A DNA stretch of 64,000 nucleotides from the human T2T-CHM13v2.0 reference genome, Homo sapiens (GCF_009914755.1 NC_060928.1); one strand, 5' to 3'; positions 1 to 14,439 are shown, numbered from the stretch's first letter. A program made the numbers and translations. Notes: a model not told the origin generated them from the sequence alone.

Positions 1-92
1 CCATCACTAATTTTTGTCAACTTTGTTGAAGATCAGGTGGCTGTACGTATATGGCTTTATTTTTGGGTTCTCTAACCTGTGTCATTGGTCTA

Positions 93-95
<3 letters not shown>

Positions 96-127
<32 letters not shown>
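96..127. repeat. (TG)n microsatellite within L1
   Basis: Pure tg run directly visible. Confidence 0.95.
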
Positions 128-130
<3 letters not shown>

Positions 131-3100
131 GATTTGTTTTTGTACCAGTACCATGCTGTTTTGGTTACTATATCCTTATATTATAGTTCAAATTTGGATA
201 ATGTGATGCCTCTGATTTTGTTCATTTTGCTTGGGATTGCTGGGATATTCAGACTATTTCTTGATTCTATATGCATTTTATAATAGTTTTTTTCAAATTC
301 TCTGAAGCAAATGACCTTGGTAGTTTGATAAGAATAGCATTGAATCTGTAGATTGTTTAGGAAGTGTGGCCATTTTAATGATACTGATTTTTACAGTCCA
401 TGAGCATAGAATGTTTTTATATTTGTTTCATCTATAAATTCTTTCACCAGTGTTTCATAGTTTTCCTTGTAGAGATCTTTTATCTCCTTGGTTAGATGTA
501 TTCCTAGGTATTTTTTGTGATTATTGTAAATGGTATTGTGTTGTTATTTTGGCTCCCACCTTGAACATTATTGGTTTATAGAAACGCTGTTGAATTTTGT
601 ACATTGATTTTGTATCCTGAAACTTTACTGAAGTAATTTACCATTTCCAGGAGCCTTTTGGCAGAATCTTTAGGGTTTTCTAGGTATAGAATCATACCAT
701 CAGTAAAGAGAGATAGTTTAACTTCTTTTCCTATTTTGATAGCTTCTATTTTTTTTTTCCTTTTGCCCAATTGCTCTGGCTAGAACTTACAGAACTATGG
801 TGAATAGGAGTGGTGAGAGTGAACATCCTTGTCTTGTTATAGTTCTCAAGGGGAATGCTTCCAGATTTTGCTAATTCAGTATGATGTTGACTGTGGGTTT
901 GTCATACATGGCTTTTATTATTTTGAGGTAAGTTCCTTTGATGCCTATTTTGTTGAGGGTTTTCATCATGAAGGGATGTTGGATTTTATCAAAGGCTCCT
1001 TCCTTGTCTATTGAGATGATTATGTAGTTTTGTTTTTAATTTTGTTTATGTAGTAAATCACATTCATTGATTTGTGTGTATTGAACCAACCTTGAATGCC
1101 AGAAATGAAACCTAATTTATTATAGTAAATTCATGTGCTGGTGGATACAAAATACTAGTTCACTAGTATTTTTGAGGATTTGTGTGTCTATGTTTACCAG
1201 GGTTATTGACTTGTAGTTTTCTTTTACTGTTGTGCCTTTGACAGGTTTTGGAATCAGGGTGAGGCCGGATTTATAAAATGAGTAAGGAGTCTCTCCTACT
1301 TGAAATTTTAGATTAGTTTCAGCAGAATTAGTACCAGCTCTTCTTTGTACATCTGGCAGAATTCTGTTACAAATCCATCTGGAATGTTTCTTTTTGGTTA
1401 ATTTTTTTTATTATTGGTTCAATTTTGAAACTCAATATTGGTCTGTTCAGGGTTTTAGTTTCTCCCTGATTCCATCTTTGGATATTGTGTGTTTCCAGGA
1501 ATTTATCAGTTTCCTCTAGATTTCCTAGTTTATGTGATACAAGTCTTCATAATAGTCTCTGAGGATGTTTTGTATTTCCATGGAATCAGTTGTGACATCA
1601 CCTTCATTGTTTTTAATTGTGCTTATTTGGACCTTCTGTGTATTTTTATTTATTAATCTAGCTAGCAGTCTATTCATCTTCTTTGTCTTTTCAAAAAACC
1701 AATTCTTTATTTTGTTGTTTTTTAATATGTATTTTGGGTCTCAATTTCATTCAGTTCTACTCTGATTTGAGTTATTTATTTTCTTCTGCTAGCCTTGGGG
1801 TTAATTTGTGCTTGTTTTTCAAGTTCCTGTAGGTGTGATGTTAGATTGTTAATTTGAGATCTTTCTAACATTTGAGGTAAGCATTTAACACTATAAACTT
1901 TCCTATTAACACTGCTTTTGCTGCATCTCAGAGATTTTGGTATGTTGGATCTCTGTTTTCATTTATTTCAAAAAAATTGATTTCTGCCTTAATTTACTTG
2001 TTTACCCAAAAGTCATTCAGAAGCAACTTGTTTAATCTCCATGTAATTATGTGGTTTCAGGAGACCTTCTTGGTATTGATTTCTGTTTTATCACAGTGAG
2101 GTCCGAGAAGATGGTTGGTATGATTTTGATTTTTTTTTAATTTATTGAAACTTGCTTTGTGGCTTAGCATTTGCTCAATCTTGGAGTATGTTTCATGTGT
2201 AGATAAAAAGAATGTATATTCTGTAGTTTATGGAAGAAAGTGTTCTGTAGATGTCTATTAGCTCCAATTGATCAGGAGTCAAATTTAAATCTGGAATTCT
2301 TTGTTAGTTTTCTGCCTCAATGATCTGTCTACTGCTGTCAGTGGGGTGTTGAAGTCTGTCACTATTATGGTGTGGCTATGTCTCTTCATAGGTCTAGAAG
2401 TAGTTATTTTATAAATCTGGGTGCTCCAATGTTAGGTGCATATATATGTAGAAGAGTTAAGTCTTGTTGAATTGAATTGTTTATCAGATATAATGCCTTT
2501 CTTTGTATTTTATTTTTCTGTTGTTGGTTTAAAGTCTGTTTTATCTGAAATAAGAATAGTGACCCTTGCTTTTTCTTGTTTTCTGTTTGCTTGATAGGTT
2601 GTTCTTCAACCCTTTACTTTGAGACTATAGGTTTCATTACATGTGAGATGAGTCTCTTGAAGACAGCAGATGCATGGGTCTTATTTTTTAATCCAAAATG
2701 CAACTCTGTGCCTTTTAAATGGGGGCATTTAGACCATATACATGCACAATTAATATTGACACATTAGGTTTTAATTCTATCTTTAAGTTTTGAGCTGGTT
2801 GCTTTGTAGTTTCCATTGTGTGATTGCCTTATAGAGTCTGTGGGCTATGTACTTAAGTGTGTTTTGTTGTAGCAGGTATTGTTCCTTCATGTCCTTGTTT
2901 AAAACTCACTGAACTCTTGAGAGGCTGGTCTATTGATAACAAATTCCCTTAGCCCTTGCTTGTCTGGAAAATATTTTATTTCTCCTTCACTTATGAGGCC
3001 TAGTTTTGCAAAACATGAAATTCTTGGTTGGCATTTCTTTTCTTTAAAAATGCTGAAAAAGGCTCTCAATCTCTTCTGGTTTGTAAGGTTTCTTCTGAGA

Positions 3101-3644
3101 ATTTCATGATTAGCTTGATAATTTTCCCTTAGTAGGTAATCTGACCTTTTTCTCTAGCTACTTATAGGGTTTTTAATTTAGCATTAACCTTGGACAGTCT
3201 GTTGACCATATGCCTTGGTAATGTTTATTTTGTATTGTATCTCTCAGACAGTCTCTGTATTTCTTGTGTCTTATCTACCTCTCTAACAAGATTAAATAAA
3301 TTCTCCTGAATTATTCCTTCAAATATGTTTTTCATGTTGCTTACTTTTTCTCCTTCTGTCTCAGGAATGCCAATAATTCATAGCTTTGGTCACTATACAT
3401 AATACCATGTTTCTCTAAAACTTTGCTCATTTGTTTGAAATTTCTTTTTTTTTTGTATATCTGACTGGATTAGTTCAAAAGACGGGTCTTCAAGCCCTGA
3501 AACTGTCTCTTCTGCTTGAAGTAGACATAGCAATGCTGCAATATAATCTATGCCCAGGAAAGGTGGAGTGGCTCAAGTTGCTGAACGAAGTAAGTGGGTA
3601 CTTCATATGCTTAGAGATCTGCCTGGACATGAAGCATAGAGAGC

Positions 3645-4217
<573 letters not shown>

Positions 4218-5451
4218 GTACACCAGGATCTCTGCACAGGAATGATAGGGTAACTCAGGCTGCTAGTCTATGTGAGCAGGTTCTCTGAATACCTGGATAC
4301 CTGCCTGAGTATGGAGCAAAGGGACCCACTGCACCAAAATCAATATACAGGAATGGTGAGGTGCATCGGGCTGCTGATTCCAGTGAGAGAGTGCTCTGCA
4401 TGTTTGGAGAGATGGCTGGGTGTGGAGCAGAGAGGGCCCTTTTATACCACAGTCTTTGTATAAGAAGGGTGTGGCCTCTCAAGTTGCTAATCCAGGTAAG
4501 AGTGCATTGGAATGCCTGGAGTTCTGCCTGAGGGTGAAGCAGAGAGGGCCCCACTGCACTGTGATCTCAGGGAAGCAGGCTGGGGGAACCAGCAATAACA
4601 CACACAAACAGGTCGCAGCTCGTCAAACAGGCTCTGGCTGCAAGTCTCATCACCCAGAAGGAACTGAAGCTGTAGTAGCTCTCCTTCTGCTCAAGGCTTG
4701 TGATGGGGGTGACCACAATTTCACCACCTTCTGCTGAGGTGCTTTCCACAGTTCTGGTGGTGAAGGCTCCTACCCTCTCCAGAGCCCAAAACTAAAATAT
4801 CTGTGTGGCTATACTGCCAAGTTGACAAAAAATGGCTGAGTTTGTATTCACTTGGATTAGAAATGGTGCTTTCTCTCAGTCCTGGGTCTGGGAAAATGCT
4901 TGTAGCTTTTCCTGGTGTCTTTTCCTCTCAGTGCTTCTAATCCTCTCTCCAGGTTATCTCCACAGAGTGGGAGAAGCAAAGGGCTCTCCCTCAGCCTGCG
5001 TTGCTCAGATCTCCATGAAAAGTGAGTCACAGAGGGAGGTTCTCTGCCTCTCTCATGTACCAGGGCTTCATTTACTTGTATCAGCCAAATAATGTCATGG
5101 AGGTTGTTTGCCCATGTTCTTCTCTCTGGGATCTGGGGTGTCTTTATTCCTGTGGATTCTCTTTATCTTCTTAAATTAAAGCTCACAGAGTTGATTATCA
5201 TGTTCTATCTTGATATTTCCATGTGGTTGAGGCATGCTGAAAGCCTATAATCCCACTGTGATTTTAAAGGCTAGTGGTAGGGCCCAATCATTGCAGCTTC
5301 TCACAAAAAATGATTAGGTTACTGATCATCATTTGAGAGAATCATGCTAAGCAACACTCAATAACTTAATTTAGTTCATTGTAGGAGGAGTTCCTCTATG
5401 TCGTGTACTATGTTTTTTTCATTTATCTCTGAACTTGTATGGAGGTTTTGT

Positions 5452-5868
5452 CATTATTACAGCTTGTTTTCCCTCCACATTTATGTGTTGAAGCCCTAAC
5501 TTCAATGACGTCAGAACAAGATTGCACTTGAAAACAGAGTATGGCCTTTAAAGAGGTAATTAAATTTAAACAAGATTATCTAGGTAGGTCCTAATTTAAT
5601 CTGACAGATATAATTTCATAAAAAGAAAGAAATTTAACACAAGAAGGGAGACACTAGGGATGTATGTGCACAGAAGGACTACCATGCAAAGAGGCAGGAA
5701 GAAGGCAGCAATCTGCAAGTTGAGAAGAGAGGCCTCAGAGAAAACCAACTCTGCCGGCACCATGATCCTATGCTTCCAGCCTTTAGAACTGTGAGAAAAT
5801 AGATTTTTTGTTGTTTAAACAACCCAGTCTGTGGTATTTTGTTTTGGCAGCCATGGCAAACTACAGCA
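5452..5868 (+). mobile_element. MLT1B-like MaLR LTR
   Basis: gttgaagccctaac...ggcctttaaagaggtaattaa...gaggcctcagagaaaaccaactctgccggcacc...agaactgtgagaaaata...cccagtctgtggtattttgtt. Confidence 0.85.
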
Positions 5869-6580
5869 GATTTTAGTATTAAGAAGTAGAGTGCTGATAG
5901 AACAAATACTTTAAAACGTAGACGTGTCTTTGGAACTGCGTAATGGGTAGAGCCTGGAAGAGTTTTGAGATGCATGTTATCTCTTACCACCACTAGATTA
6001 CCCTGAAGAAATTGTTAGGAATATGGACATTCAAAGTGATTCTGATGAGGCCTCAGAAGGTAATGAGGAATACGTTATTGGAAACTGACAAACTTTGATA
6101 TTTAGTTTGGAAGACTTCTAAGCAAATGGTCGAAAGCTCAGCCTGGATTTTCTTTGCTGACTTTAGCAATATCAGAGGAATAAAGATAAACTGAATGAAA
6201 TGTTAAGCAAAAAGGAACCAGAACTTGAAGATTTGTAAAATTCTTAGCCTATCCATATTGCAAAATAGTGAGAAATGTTATTCAGAGAACATCAATGGTT
6301 TGGTTGAAAAATTATTTTTATAAAGAGACTACAGGTGTAATTCAAGCATCTAATCAGGCATATTATCAGAAGCCAGAAAATAGAGATGGAGTTGTAGCAG
6401 CGGAAATGCTGCCAGCTTCATCTGAAGAGGATAAAAATGGAAGAAAATAAACAAAGACTGTCAGATTTGTGTGATTCTACATGACAGGCTAATAAAACTA
6501 TTTGGCTTTGAACATGTGTTATCCTTCAATAAATGAAAAGAATGACCTCAAAGACAGGGTTCTTTCTTCCTCGATTGCAG
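5869..6580 (+). mobile_element. MLT1 internal region (partial)
   Basis: Follows the LTR directly; ctttggaactg.gtaatgggtagag.ctggaagagttttgag and tctgatgaggcctcaga are typical of MaLR internal sequence. Confidence 0.75.
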
Positions 6581-6589
6581 AGGCTGAGT

Positions 6590-7147
6590 CTACCTTTGTT
6601 GGAGAATTCTAGCCCCCAGAACTTTGAAAAATTAATTATATGTTGCTTTAGCTACTCAATCCTTGGGATTCTGTTATGGAAGCCCTCCAAAAATAACAGG
6701 ATGATGAATTCAATTTTGTGCTCACAAAAATTATGTCCAAGACTTGATCCCTGATGTCTGTGATTCTGATCTTATATCAAAATAGGGTCTTTGTAGGTGT
6801 CATTAAAGTAAGGATGGAAATGAAGTCATACTGGGTAGGACTTCAGTCTAACAACAGTTTCCTTATAAGAGACAGATAAGTAGCAAACACGGAGACACAG
6901 GAAATAAGGCCACATGAAGACAGAGGCAGAATTTGGAGAGTACACTGCCACAGCCAAGGGATGCCAGACACAAGAAAAAGCTGTGGAAGCCAAGGAGAAA
7001 TTATCTCCTGTAAGCTTTGTAGGAACTGTGGCCTTGTCAGCTCTTGATTTTGGACTTATGACCTCCAGAACTTAGAGATAAATTTCTGTTGTTTTAAGCC
7101 ACCCCACTTGTGGTAATTTGTTATGACAGGTCTAGGGAACTAAAACA
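6590..7147 (+). mobile_element. MLT1 LTR 3' remnant (6590-6698) followed by an MLT1C-like LTR (6700-7147)
   Basis: aatagggtctttgtaggtgtcatt...gaagacagaggcaga...agccaagggatgccag...ataaatttctgttgttttaagccacccc.cttgtggtaatttgttatgacag. Confidence 0.75.
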
Positions 7148-7924
7148 TATTGCCTGAGGTTACACAACCACTTGTGCAAGCTCATCTTTTGAATCATAGT
7201 CTGTCTGATGACAAAGACCTTGCTTTCACCACTACATCGTAGCTTCCTTTCAGTATTAGTTTCTATAAAAGAACTTAAATAACAGGAGGTTACTTCCCCT
7301 TTCATCATGCTCACATTTTCATTGATTTTATGTCATGCACAATGAAGAAAAGTGTGCGTGCAATAAATGAAAAACCACATGGTTTATTCTCAGGGGGCTG
7401 CCAGTCTGGTGGTGAGAACAGATGATAAATATGTATTCTGATAAACATGTAATTATCAATAATGATACTTACTTAAAGTAATCAACAGTAAACATAGTAA
7501 ACATGGGACTGTGAATGGCATATTGATAGAGGATTTTTTTATATTGTCAAAAAATTAGAGTCATCTTTCAGTCTAAAATTAGCCTTTGAGTAGAAACTAA
7601 CTTGACCTAATAGTCTAAATTAAAATTGGTTTGTATGGAGGGAGTAGTTCTGGAGGCACAGGTTAAGAACCATTTTTTTTTTTTAATTTTTTTTAGAAAC
7701 TAGAAAAGACAAACCAAATGTCCCACCCTTAAAATATGTAAACACTTGCAACTAGGAGTTCAAACTCTGCATAAATACAACTTAATGATATTCATTCAGG
7801 TGGACAGTGTTCCAGGATGTGTATTTGATGTAAACCAGAAATACACACCATTAGATGCCTCTAAGATGCCCTTGGGATGCCCCCAGGGTAGGCAAGTTCT
7901 TGGTGTTCTCAGATCTATCTTCCT

Positions 7925-8200
7925 CATGGTTGCCAGAGTGATCGTTCTAAAGCAAAAATGTCACCAGGTTTTACCACTGATTAAAACTTCTGGCTGTTCA
8001 CCCACAGAGTCCAATTCCTTTTCCTAACACAGAAGGGCCCTTGTGAACTTGCTCCTTGTTTTGTTTTGTTTTGTTTTTTCCCATCTAGCCACATCTCCAG
8101 CTACTTCTCATGTCATAATGTCCACTCCAGCTAAGCCAGGGTGTTTGTAATTACACACACCATCCTGTTTCAGCTCTCCTTGCCTCTGCTATATCCTCTC
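7925..8200 (+). mobile_element. L2 fragment
   Basis: tgccagagtgatcgttctaaagcaaaaatg...ttaaaacttct resembles the L2 3' region. Confidence 0.55.
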
Positions 8201-8396
8201 CTGTATTGCTTGTGATATCACCATCCCCAACGTTTACCTCCATTATATCTGGTCTCACTGTTTTATAATTACTTTTTAGAGTATGTTTTTCTTACTCAGA
8301 TTAAAAGATCCTTAAGATTTGACTTAATATCCTACCATCAGGTACCAACAGAAGTGAGAGAAGCAGTGGTAAGTGACTTCTGAGCTTTGGCCTCAG

Positions 8397-9021
8397 TGTA
8401 GCAGGCCTCCATAACTGTTTCAGTACTGACTGAGTGGTTAAGTTAAATATTAAAACCCAGTGCCCTTATACAAAGGCTGGGTTGTAACAAAAGCCCATCA
8501 GGAGTTTTTCCTAGGCCTCTCCTGGGCCTTAAATCATGACAAAATAATGAAGGAATTCTTAACAGGACCCATTTAGGGTTAAACAAGTTTCACTGGGGGT
8601 CTGAAGAAACTCCCCAGGCCTCCACAAACAAATTTATTGAGGGTCTGAGGGAACTCTTCAAACCTCCTGGATTTAGCAAGAGACAAGATAAGGGTAATCA
8701 TTCCAGCACCTAGACCCATTTAGATTAAGTAAATTTACTGAGGCTCCAGAGGAAGGTCTTCAGGACTCAGACTTTAGTTATAGATTAAAAGAAATTAATC
8801 ACTTATGTCTGTAGATGAATGCACAATTAGACATAGACATATACCTTAGAAGGTATATAAGCTCTGGAAAACTTTGTAATTTTGAACTGGTCTGGTGATA
8901 ATTTCCAGGCCTTCTCCCTGTAACCAGTTACAGAAATAAAAACTCTCTTCCTCCTCAGTTCATGTGCATCTTGTTATTGGGCCACAGGAAATAGCAGCCC
9001 AACCCTCAGTTTGGTTCAGGA
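8397..9021 (+). mobile_element. Solitary ERV1-class LTR (LTR10C-like, tentative)
   Basis: TG start, internal ~43-bp direct repeat (8581-8623 / 8624-8667), TATATAA at 8854-8860, AATAAA at 8935-8940, and a 3' end of gcagcccaaccctcagtttggt. Confidence 0.75.
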
Positions 9022-9039
9022 GTCCTGAAGCCCTAGATG

Positions 9040-9680
9040 CTCCATTAAAGAGCCCAAGATAATGGCTAGTCATGTGTTTTGAAACCATATTTTATCATCT
9101 ATTTGTAGCCAAGCTCCCAGATAATGGCAGCCACAACAGTGACCTTAGGAAAGCCCAATAAAACAATTTTCATTCTGAACCCAACCTGTATTGCTAAGAC
9201 ATAGAATTGAGAGAAATGGCAAAATAGTGGTTAAGTCACTAAATTTTGGTTGGGTTGGTTTATTACAGAGCAATACATAAGTGGTGCATGATCCTAGCTA
9301 GTTTAAGCAAAGAGTGCTTATTAAAACAACTAGGTAGTTCATAGAACCTCCAGGTAGGGCAGAGAAACAGCATTAGATGCTACCCATTCAGGAAAATAAA
9401 GCCAAGAATAGCACAGCTATAAACATCATTATGCTAGAAGACTGGGGTGGCACAAACACCACTGTCATCACCACCTGCCACTAATCAAATTCAGGACAGG
9501 ATATGAAGAGCTCTCATCACAGCTGCCCTTTCTGACACCCTGTCGAGAAGAACACTCTTCCCATTCATAGATGCTGCTTCAGGTCATTCTCCTCCTCATC
9601 AGCCTCTTGCATGAGTTCTGATTAGCTAAACCTATGTCACATTTACATATCTTCACAGTAAAGGAGTCTGAGGAAGCCAG
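9040..9680. mobile_element. Highly diverged MLT1-family fragments
   Basis: ttaagtcactaaattttgg...ttattacagagcaata is an MLT1 3'-end motif; ctagctagtttaagcaaa and tctgattagctaaaccta resemble antisense old MLT1. Confidence 0.4.
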
Positions 9681-10134
9681 AGGTGGTTGTTGTTTATCTG
9701 GCAATAGTTTCTCCCCTGAATGTGAAAAACTATCAAAATATGAAGCAGATTTTGAAAGACTCCATAAGCCAAGAAGAAAAGATGCAATGATGAAAGGTAT
9801 CTACCATGCCCATTTTCATGTTTACTTCATACATGGGCTTCAGAATAACTAGACTATATTTCAAGAAATCTGAATTGTGGATGCTCTATGATTATTGTAT
9901 TTTCTTATGCAAATTTCCATTTCTGAATCCACTGGCCATGTTAGCCATCATACCTCCTCCCTGATCCTTGACAAACCCTAAAAGCCGTTTCTATTCACCA
10001 TGCTTCAACCTATCACATCAAGATCAAATGTATAGTTTACTGTGCACCAAAGTGATAAAAATAAGGTGCTAACGTCTGTAAATTTATCTGAGATAACATC
10101 AGAAAGGTGTTATTTTGCTTTGAGTGGCAAGATT

Positions 10135-10290
10135 GCACAGTGACGATGCTCAGAGTCTTTAGAACTAGCCTCCTGAGGTTTAAATCCTAGTTCTTCTTCC
10201 TACAAGGCTGTGTGACCTTGGATAACTTATTTAAACTTTCTGTGGTCTAGTTTTTAGTCTATAAATTTAGGTTAATATTAATAACTATTA
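10135..10290 (+). mobile_element. MIR SINE
   Basis: MIR core: ggtttaaatcctagttct...gctgtgtgaccttggataacttatttaaactttctgtg. Confidence 0.75.
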
Positions 10291-10291
10291 A

Positions 10292-10466
10292 TACATGCAT
10301 GCCCATGTGCACGCACACACACACACGTGTATATATACATATATATAAAGTACACATACACAAAAATCTGCAAACATGTGCACACATACATACACACATA
10401 CATAAACACACATATACACACACATGCACACACATATGTGTATGTGTATATATGTATATACATATA
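10292..10466. repeat. Compound (CA)/(TA) microsatellite
   Basis: Alternating purine-pyrimidine tract of ~175 bp. Confidence 0.9.
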
Positions 10467-10745
10467 GTAAGATCTATGAAAGTGTTAACTATTAGCATTA
10501 TCACTTATTATCAATAATCTTTAAATTCCTTTGTTTTAGAAAATGAGGGAGGCACTAAAGAATAGGAACTCAATTATGACTCTGCAAACAGATTTTTTAT
10601 ATTGCAACAGTAGATCTGATATGTAAGAGCTTTCTTACCAATTTCCCCCTCTGTAAAATGTACTTTTCTTATCAGAAATTAAATAAATTAAATGTTATGT
10701 GCTATCATTATATGCCTAGACCATAATAAGTAATCAATGCATGCC

Positions 10746-11259
10746 TGTGCAGAATACTTCTCTGAGTGGCTTTGGACCATCCCAGTTCTCCCCGCCTTCC
10801 TTACCCATGGTTCTCCAGAATAGCTGTGGAATGTGCTGGTAATGCAACACCCTAAGGAGGAACTAACTGAAATAGCTTCGGCCCTGTTCCTGTCCCTCCT
10901 AGGGAATGTAACATCTTGAGATAGAGGGAAATTGCCCAGGAGAGTCTGGGCTTTGTGCCTCTCTCACACAGGAGCAAGATGTCCTTCCAAGCTTTACCTA
11001 GGGAGTCTCATTACCTCTGAGGTATGTAATTGAAGATGGACTGCTTTTCAGAGGATCCAGTTTTTGTACAAGACACTCAAGACTGTATCCACCTTGGGAA
11101 GCTTTCTTGAGCTTTGAGCAACTGCTTCAGAGTGGATCCTAGGCTTCTTCTGTCCCTGTATGTAGTAAACGAGCTTTGTATGACTTGTTGTGTGTGAGTG
11201 TGTTCTGTTTCACCAAATTCAGATAAGTAGTTAACCAGTTCCAGTAAACCTGCTTCACA
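10746..11259 (+). mobile_element. Solitary ERVL-class LTR (LTR47/MER54-like, subfamily uncertain)
   Basis: TG...CA termini (tgtgcag...aacctgcttcaca), with an internal ~60-bp duplicated unit (aatgcaacaccc.. / aatgtaacatct..). Confidence 0.65.
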
Positions 11260-11769
11260 GTAAGTACTGGTGTTTATAGTTATACACATGTATATTGTTA
11301 AAAAAAATTGTAGGAAGTATTTCCCCCAAGAAAGACATGACATTGCAAGCTTCTTTTATTTTCCAAATCATGCCATTTTATTTTTGCTGCAATTCTATTA
11401 AGTAGGCAGTGCATGAACATATAAACTCATCATAAACATGAGGAAACTGCAGATCAGAAAGGTAACATGGCTTCTGAAAGGTTGTATATGGTCATAATGA
11501 TAAAGCACTGATCTCCTTATACTAAAGTTTATACCTTTTTGTATCCACCAGCCTACCTGGAGTAAACCTTTCCTTCCAGCAAAATTTAGAATCTAGTGTC
11601 CAGTGCGTACATGTAACAATTACTGAATTGCAGTCTGATTTTACATTGTTTCGAACTCAAATTGCATGTGATCCAATTCAATGAAGACTCAGGATCAACC
11701 AGCTGAGGGGCATTTATATGATAACAACTGAAAGCCAAAAGGTTTAAGAACCCTGATTAAATCTTAGAA

Positions 11770-11950
11770 CAATGATTTTCAAACTATGGTTCATCAAAAT
11801 CATCTGGATGGGCTGTTAAATGTGTCGTGTGGCTCCATCTTTCAAGTTCAGATTCAGAGGCCTGTAGTGGAATAGGAGAATTTATATTTCCATCCAGTTC
11901 CCAGATGACAAAAATGCTGTTGGTACTGGGACCACCCTGTGAAAATCAGC
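11770..11950. mobile_element. MER5A hAT-Charlie DNA transposon
   Basis: caatgattttcaaact...atcaaaatcatctgga...cagattcag...agttcccagatga...gggaccaccctgtgaaaatca. Confidence 0.7.
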
Positions 11951-12054
11951 CTGAGAAGCATCCAGGCCAGCTCAATCATTTCAAAAATAAGAGAACAAGT
12001 TGAGAATTGAGATGTATGGTAAAGGTTATATGGGAAATAGACTGAAATAAAAAT

Positions 12055-12500
12055 TTGTATGGAGGAAACTTGTTGAGGATTGTTTTCAAAAACACTGAAG
12101 AAGTGAAAGAAAAACCCTAAGGAGGTGAATACAATGACATTGGGTAGAACAAGAAGTTGAACTGCAGTGATGTTGCAACATAGGCCTCAGCTTAGCCTGA
12201 AGAGGATGTGGAAACTGGCTTGAGCCTTCAGCATAATCTCCAGTTGAGAAAAGGGTCTGTGCTGTTGCATACCCATTTATTATCCCCATATCAACCAGGT
12301 TTTGAGTGTGGAATACCCCCATTTTCCTGGCACATGGGAGAAGGAGTGGCTGGATCCCAGAGGGAGACTATCAATGGTGGGAAGAGGTAATGCATCAAAG
12401 ATTGCATCACAGTCAGGAAATAGCTCTGAGGGCCCTTCCTGCAAGATACTAGGAAGAACATAGGAATTGGATTTGGAATGTTGAACAGATTGCCATGTCC
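12055..12500 (-). mobile_element. LTR16-like ERVL LTR fragment
   Basis: ttgggtagaacaagaagttgaactgcagtgatgttgcaacataggcctcagc. Confidence 0.55.
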
Positions 12501-12579
12501 GCCTGTGTGTCAGCTGTTTGAATTGAATAGTGGACACTAAAACTCTGAAAATAGTCTGATGAAATATATAATTAATTGA

Positions 12580-12690
12580 AGTTCTCTAGACTTGAGTTTG
12601 AATTGATGCTCTACCATTTATAAGCCATGTGGCACTGGGTTACTCAGTAAACCTTTCTGGCCTGTTTTCTGACTTGTCAGCAATATTTAA
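12580..12690 (+). mobile_element. MIR fragment
   Basis: gacttgagtttgaattgatgctctaccatttataagccatgtgg. Confidence 0.6.
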
Positions 12691-13009
12691 TATTAGTGGT
12701 GATACACCTTTTTAAAAGGTAAAAAGCTTTAACATGTTTAGTAAATCTTAAATATTGATGTTATCTGATTGTTATTGGATAAAATTCTCTTATAAACTCA
12801 CCAGCTGATAAAATTAAACCTCTATGAGGTCTCTCTTCTTCTAAACAGGATTTCAGCTGTCAAACATGTCCAAAAATATATATGACCAGGGCTAATCCAA
12901 AGAAATAAAGCAGCAAGAATGAAGAAGGTAAGGAAGCATGTGTTTTACCTTTTAAAAATGTAATGTTTTAGCAAAAGTACTATGTAAATAGTTTTATCAG
13001 TGCTTTATT

Positions 13010-13453
13010 ACATTATTTAGTTCTGTGTAACAAATGATCACAGTTTCTGATGGTCAGGAATCCGAGAGGAGGTTAGCTAAACACTTCTGGCTCAGAAACT
13101 CTCCGCAGTTGAAGTCAAGATGTTGGCCAGGTCTCCAGTTACCTGAGGACTTGACTGGGTCAGAAGGACCCATATCCAAGGTGGCTCTTTCACATGACTA
13201 TTGGCAGGAGACCTCAGTTCTTCAGATATTTAGCAACAGTACCATTTAAGTGTTCTTAAGACATCATTCCATAAAGAATGAACCAAGAAAGCAAGAAATA
13301 AGCTGCAATGTATTTTATGCCCCAGACTCAGAAGTCATACTTCATCATTTCCAAAATATCTTATTGATTACATAGGTGAGCCCTCTCAAGTGGAGGACAC
13401 TACCAGGGAGGAAAGAACACTGGGAGAGACAGCTCAAAGGCTGACTATGAACA
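13010..13453 (-). mobile_element. MLT1H-like LTR
   Basis: ggtcaggaatcc...ttctggctcag...agtcaagatgttggccagg...ctcagaagtcatac..catcatttcc. Confidence 0.65.
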
Positions 13454-14439
13454 ATGTTCAATGAAGGTATCCTTGGGTGGCCTAAGACCAGAGACATCTC
13501 ATTCTGTCTAGAAATATTTGTCCCATTCTCAGACCGTCTGTCTATTGATGGGAAGAGAGGATACACAGAGCAAAGGATTGTACATCAACATCTAAGGAGA
13601 AACTGAATTGGAAGGAATCACTGGCAATAAAGAATTCTGCCTCGTATTGAATAGGAAATTTGGATTGTTGAAGAGAGTATCAATCCATATTGAACCTGCT
13701 TTTCTATATGAATTTTAAGTTAAAAAGAAAGGCTTCCTTACTTCCTTCATTCTTGCTGCTTTATTTCTTTGAATTAGCCCTAGTCATGTATATTTTTGGA
13801 CATGTTTTCCAGCTGAAATCCTGTCTAGAAGAAGAGAGACTTCATAGAGGTTTAATTTTGTCAGCTGGTAAGTTTATAAGAGAATTTTATCCAATAACAA
13901 TCTCAGATAACATCAATATTGAAGATTATCTCTTTTTGAATGTACTTGTCTTTTCTTTTGGACCACAGAGTGGCCTTTAATTTATAGCAAAGAGAGAGGC
14001 TGAGTTTTCAGAAGAGACATAATTTTAGAAAGAGGAAAAACAGTGTACATAAAAAATAGCTATTTGCCTCATTAATCATTTTTATTAAGAGTCTTCCTGT
14101 ACTAAAATGAACAGCCTGTTAAGCGAGAAAAGTCTAAATGTCTAAATCTTACTTTAATGGTGATAAAACATATTATTCATAGTAACAACCCTAAGGTTAT
14201 TTTTATGTGCATATAATGATTGTGCTGATCTGCTTTCGGGACATAATAATCCAGATTTTCCACTCAGCAAGGCATCTTATTCATGTAAATTTACTGCATA
14301 TATTTGGAAATACATATCAGCAGTGAATACAATCTAAATTGCCAGGAATAATACTGAAAACATGGGCCTAAATTAGAAGAGAGGCTAAATATAAAGGTGG
14401 CTATAATAAATGTGCCTACCTATGACTGCTAAAGTAGGA

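Noticed and set aside
10259-10517. Overlapping ORFs rich in C/V/H/T
   Set aside because: Translation of a CA/TA microsatellite.
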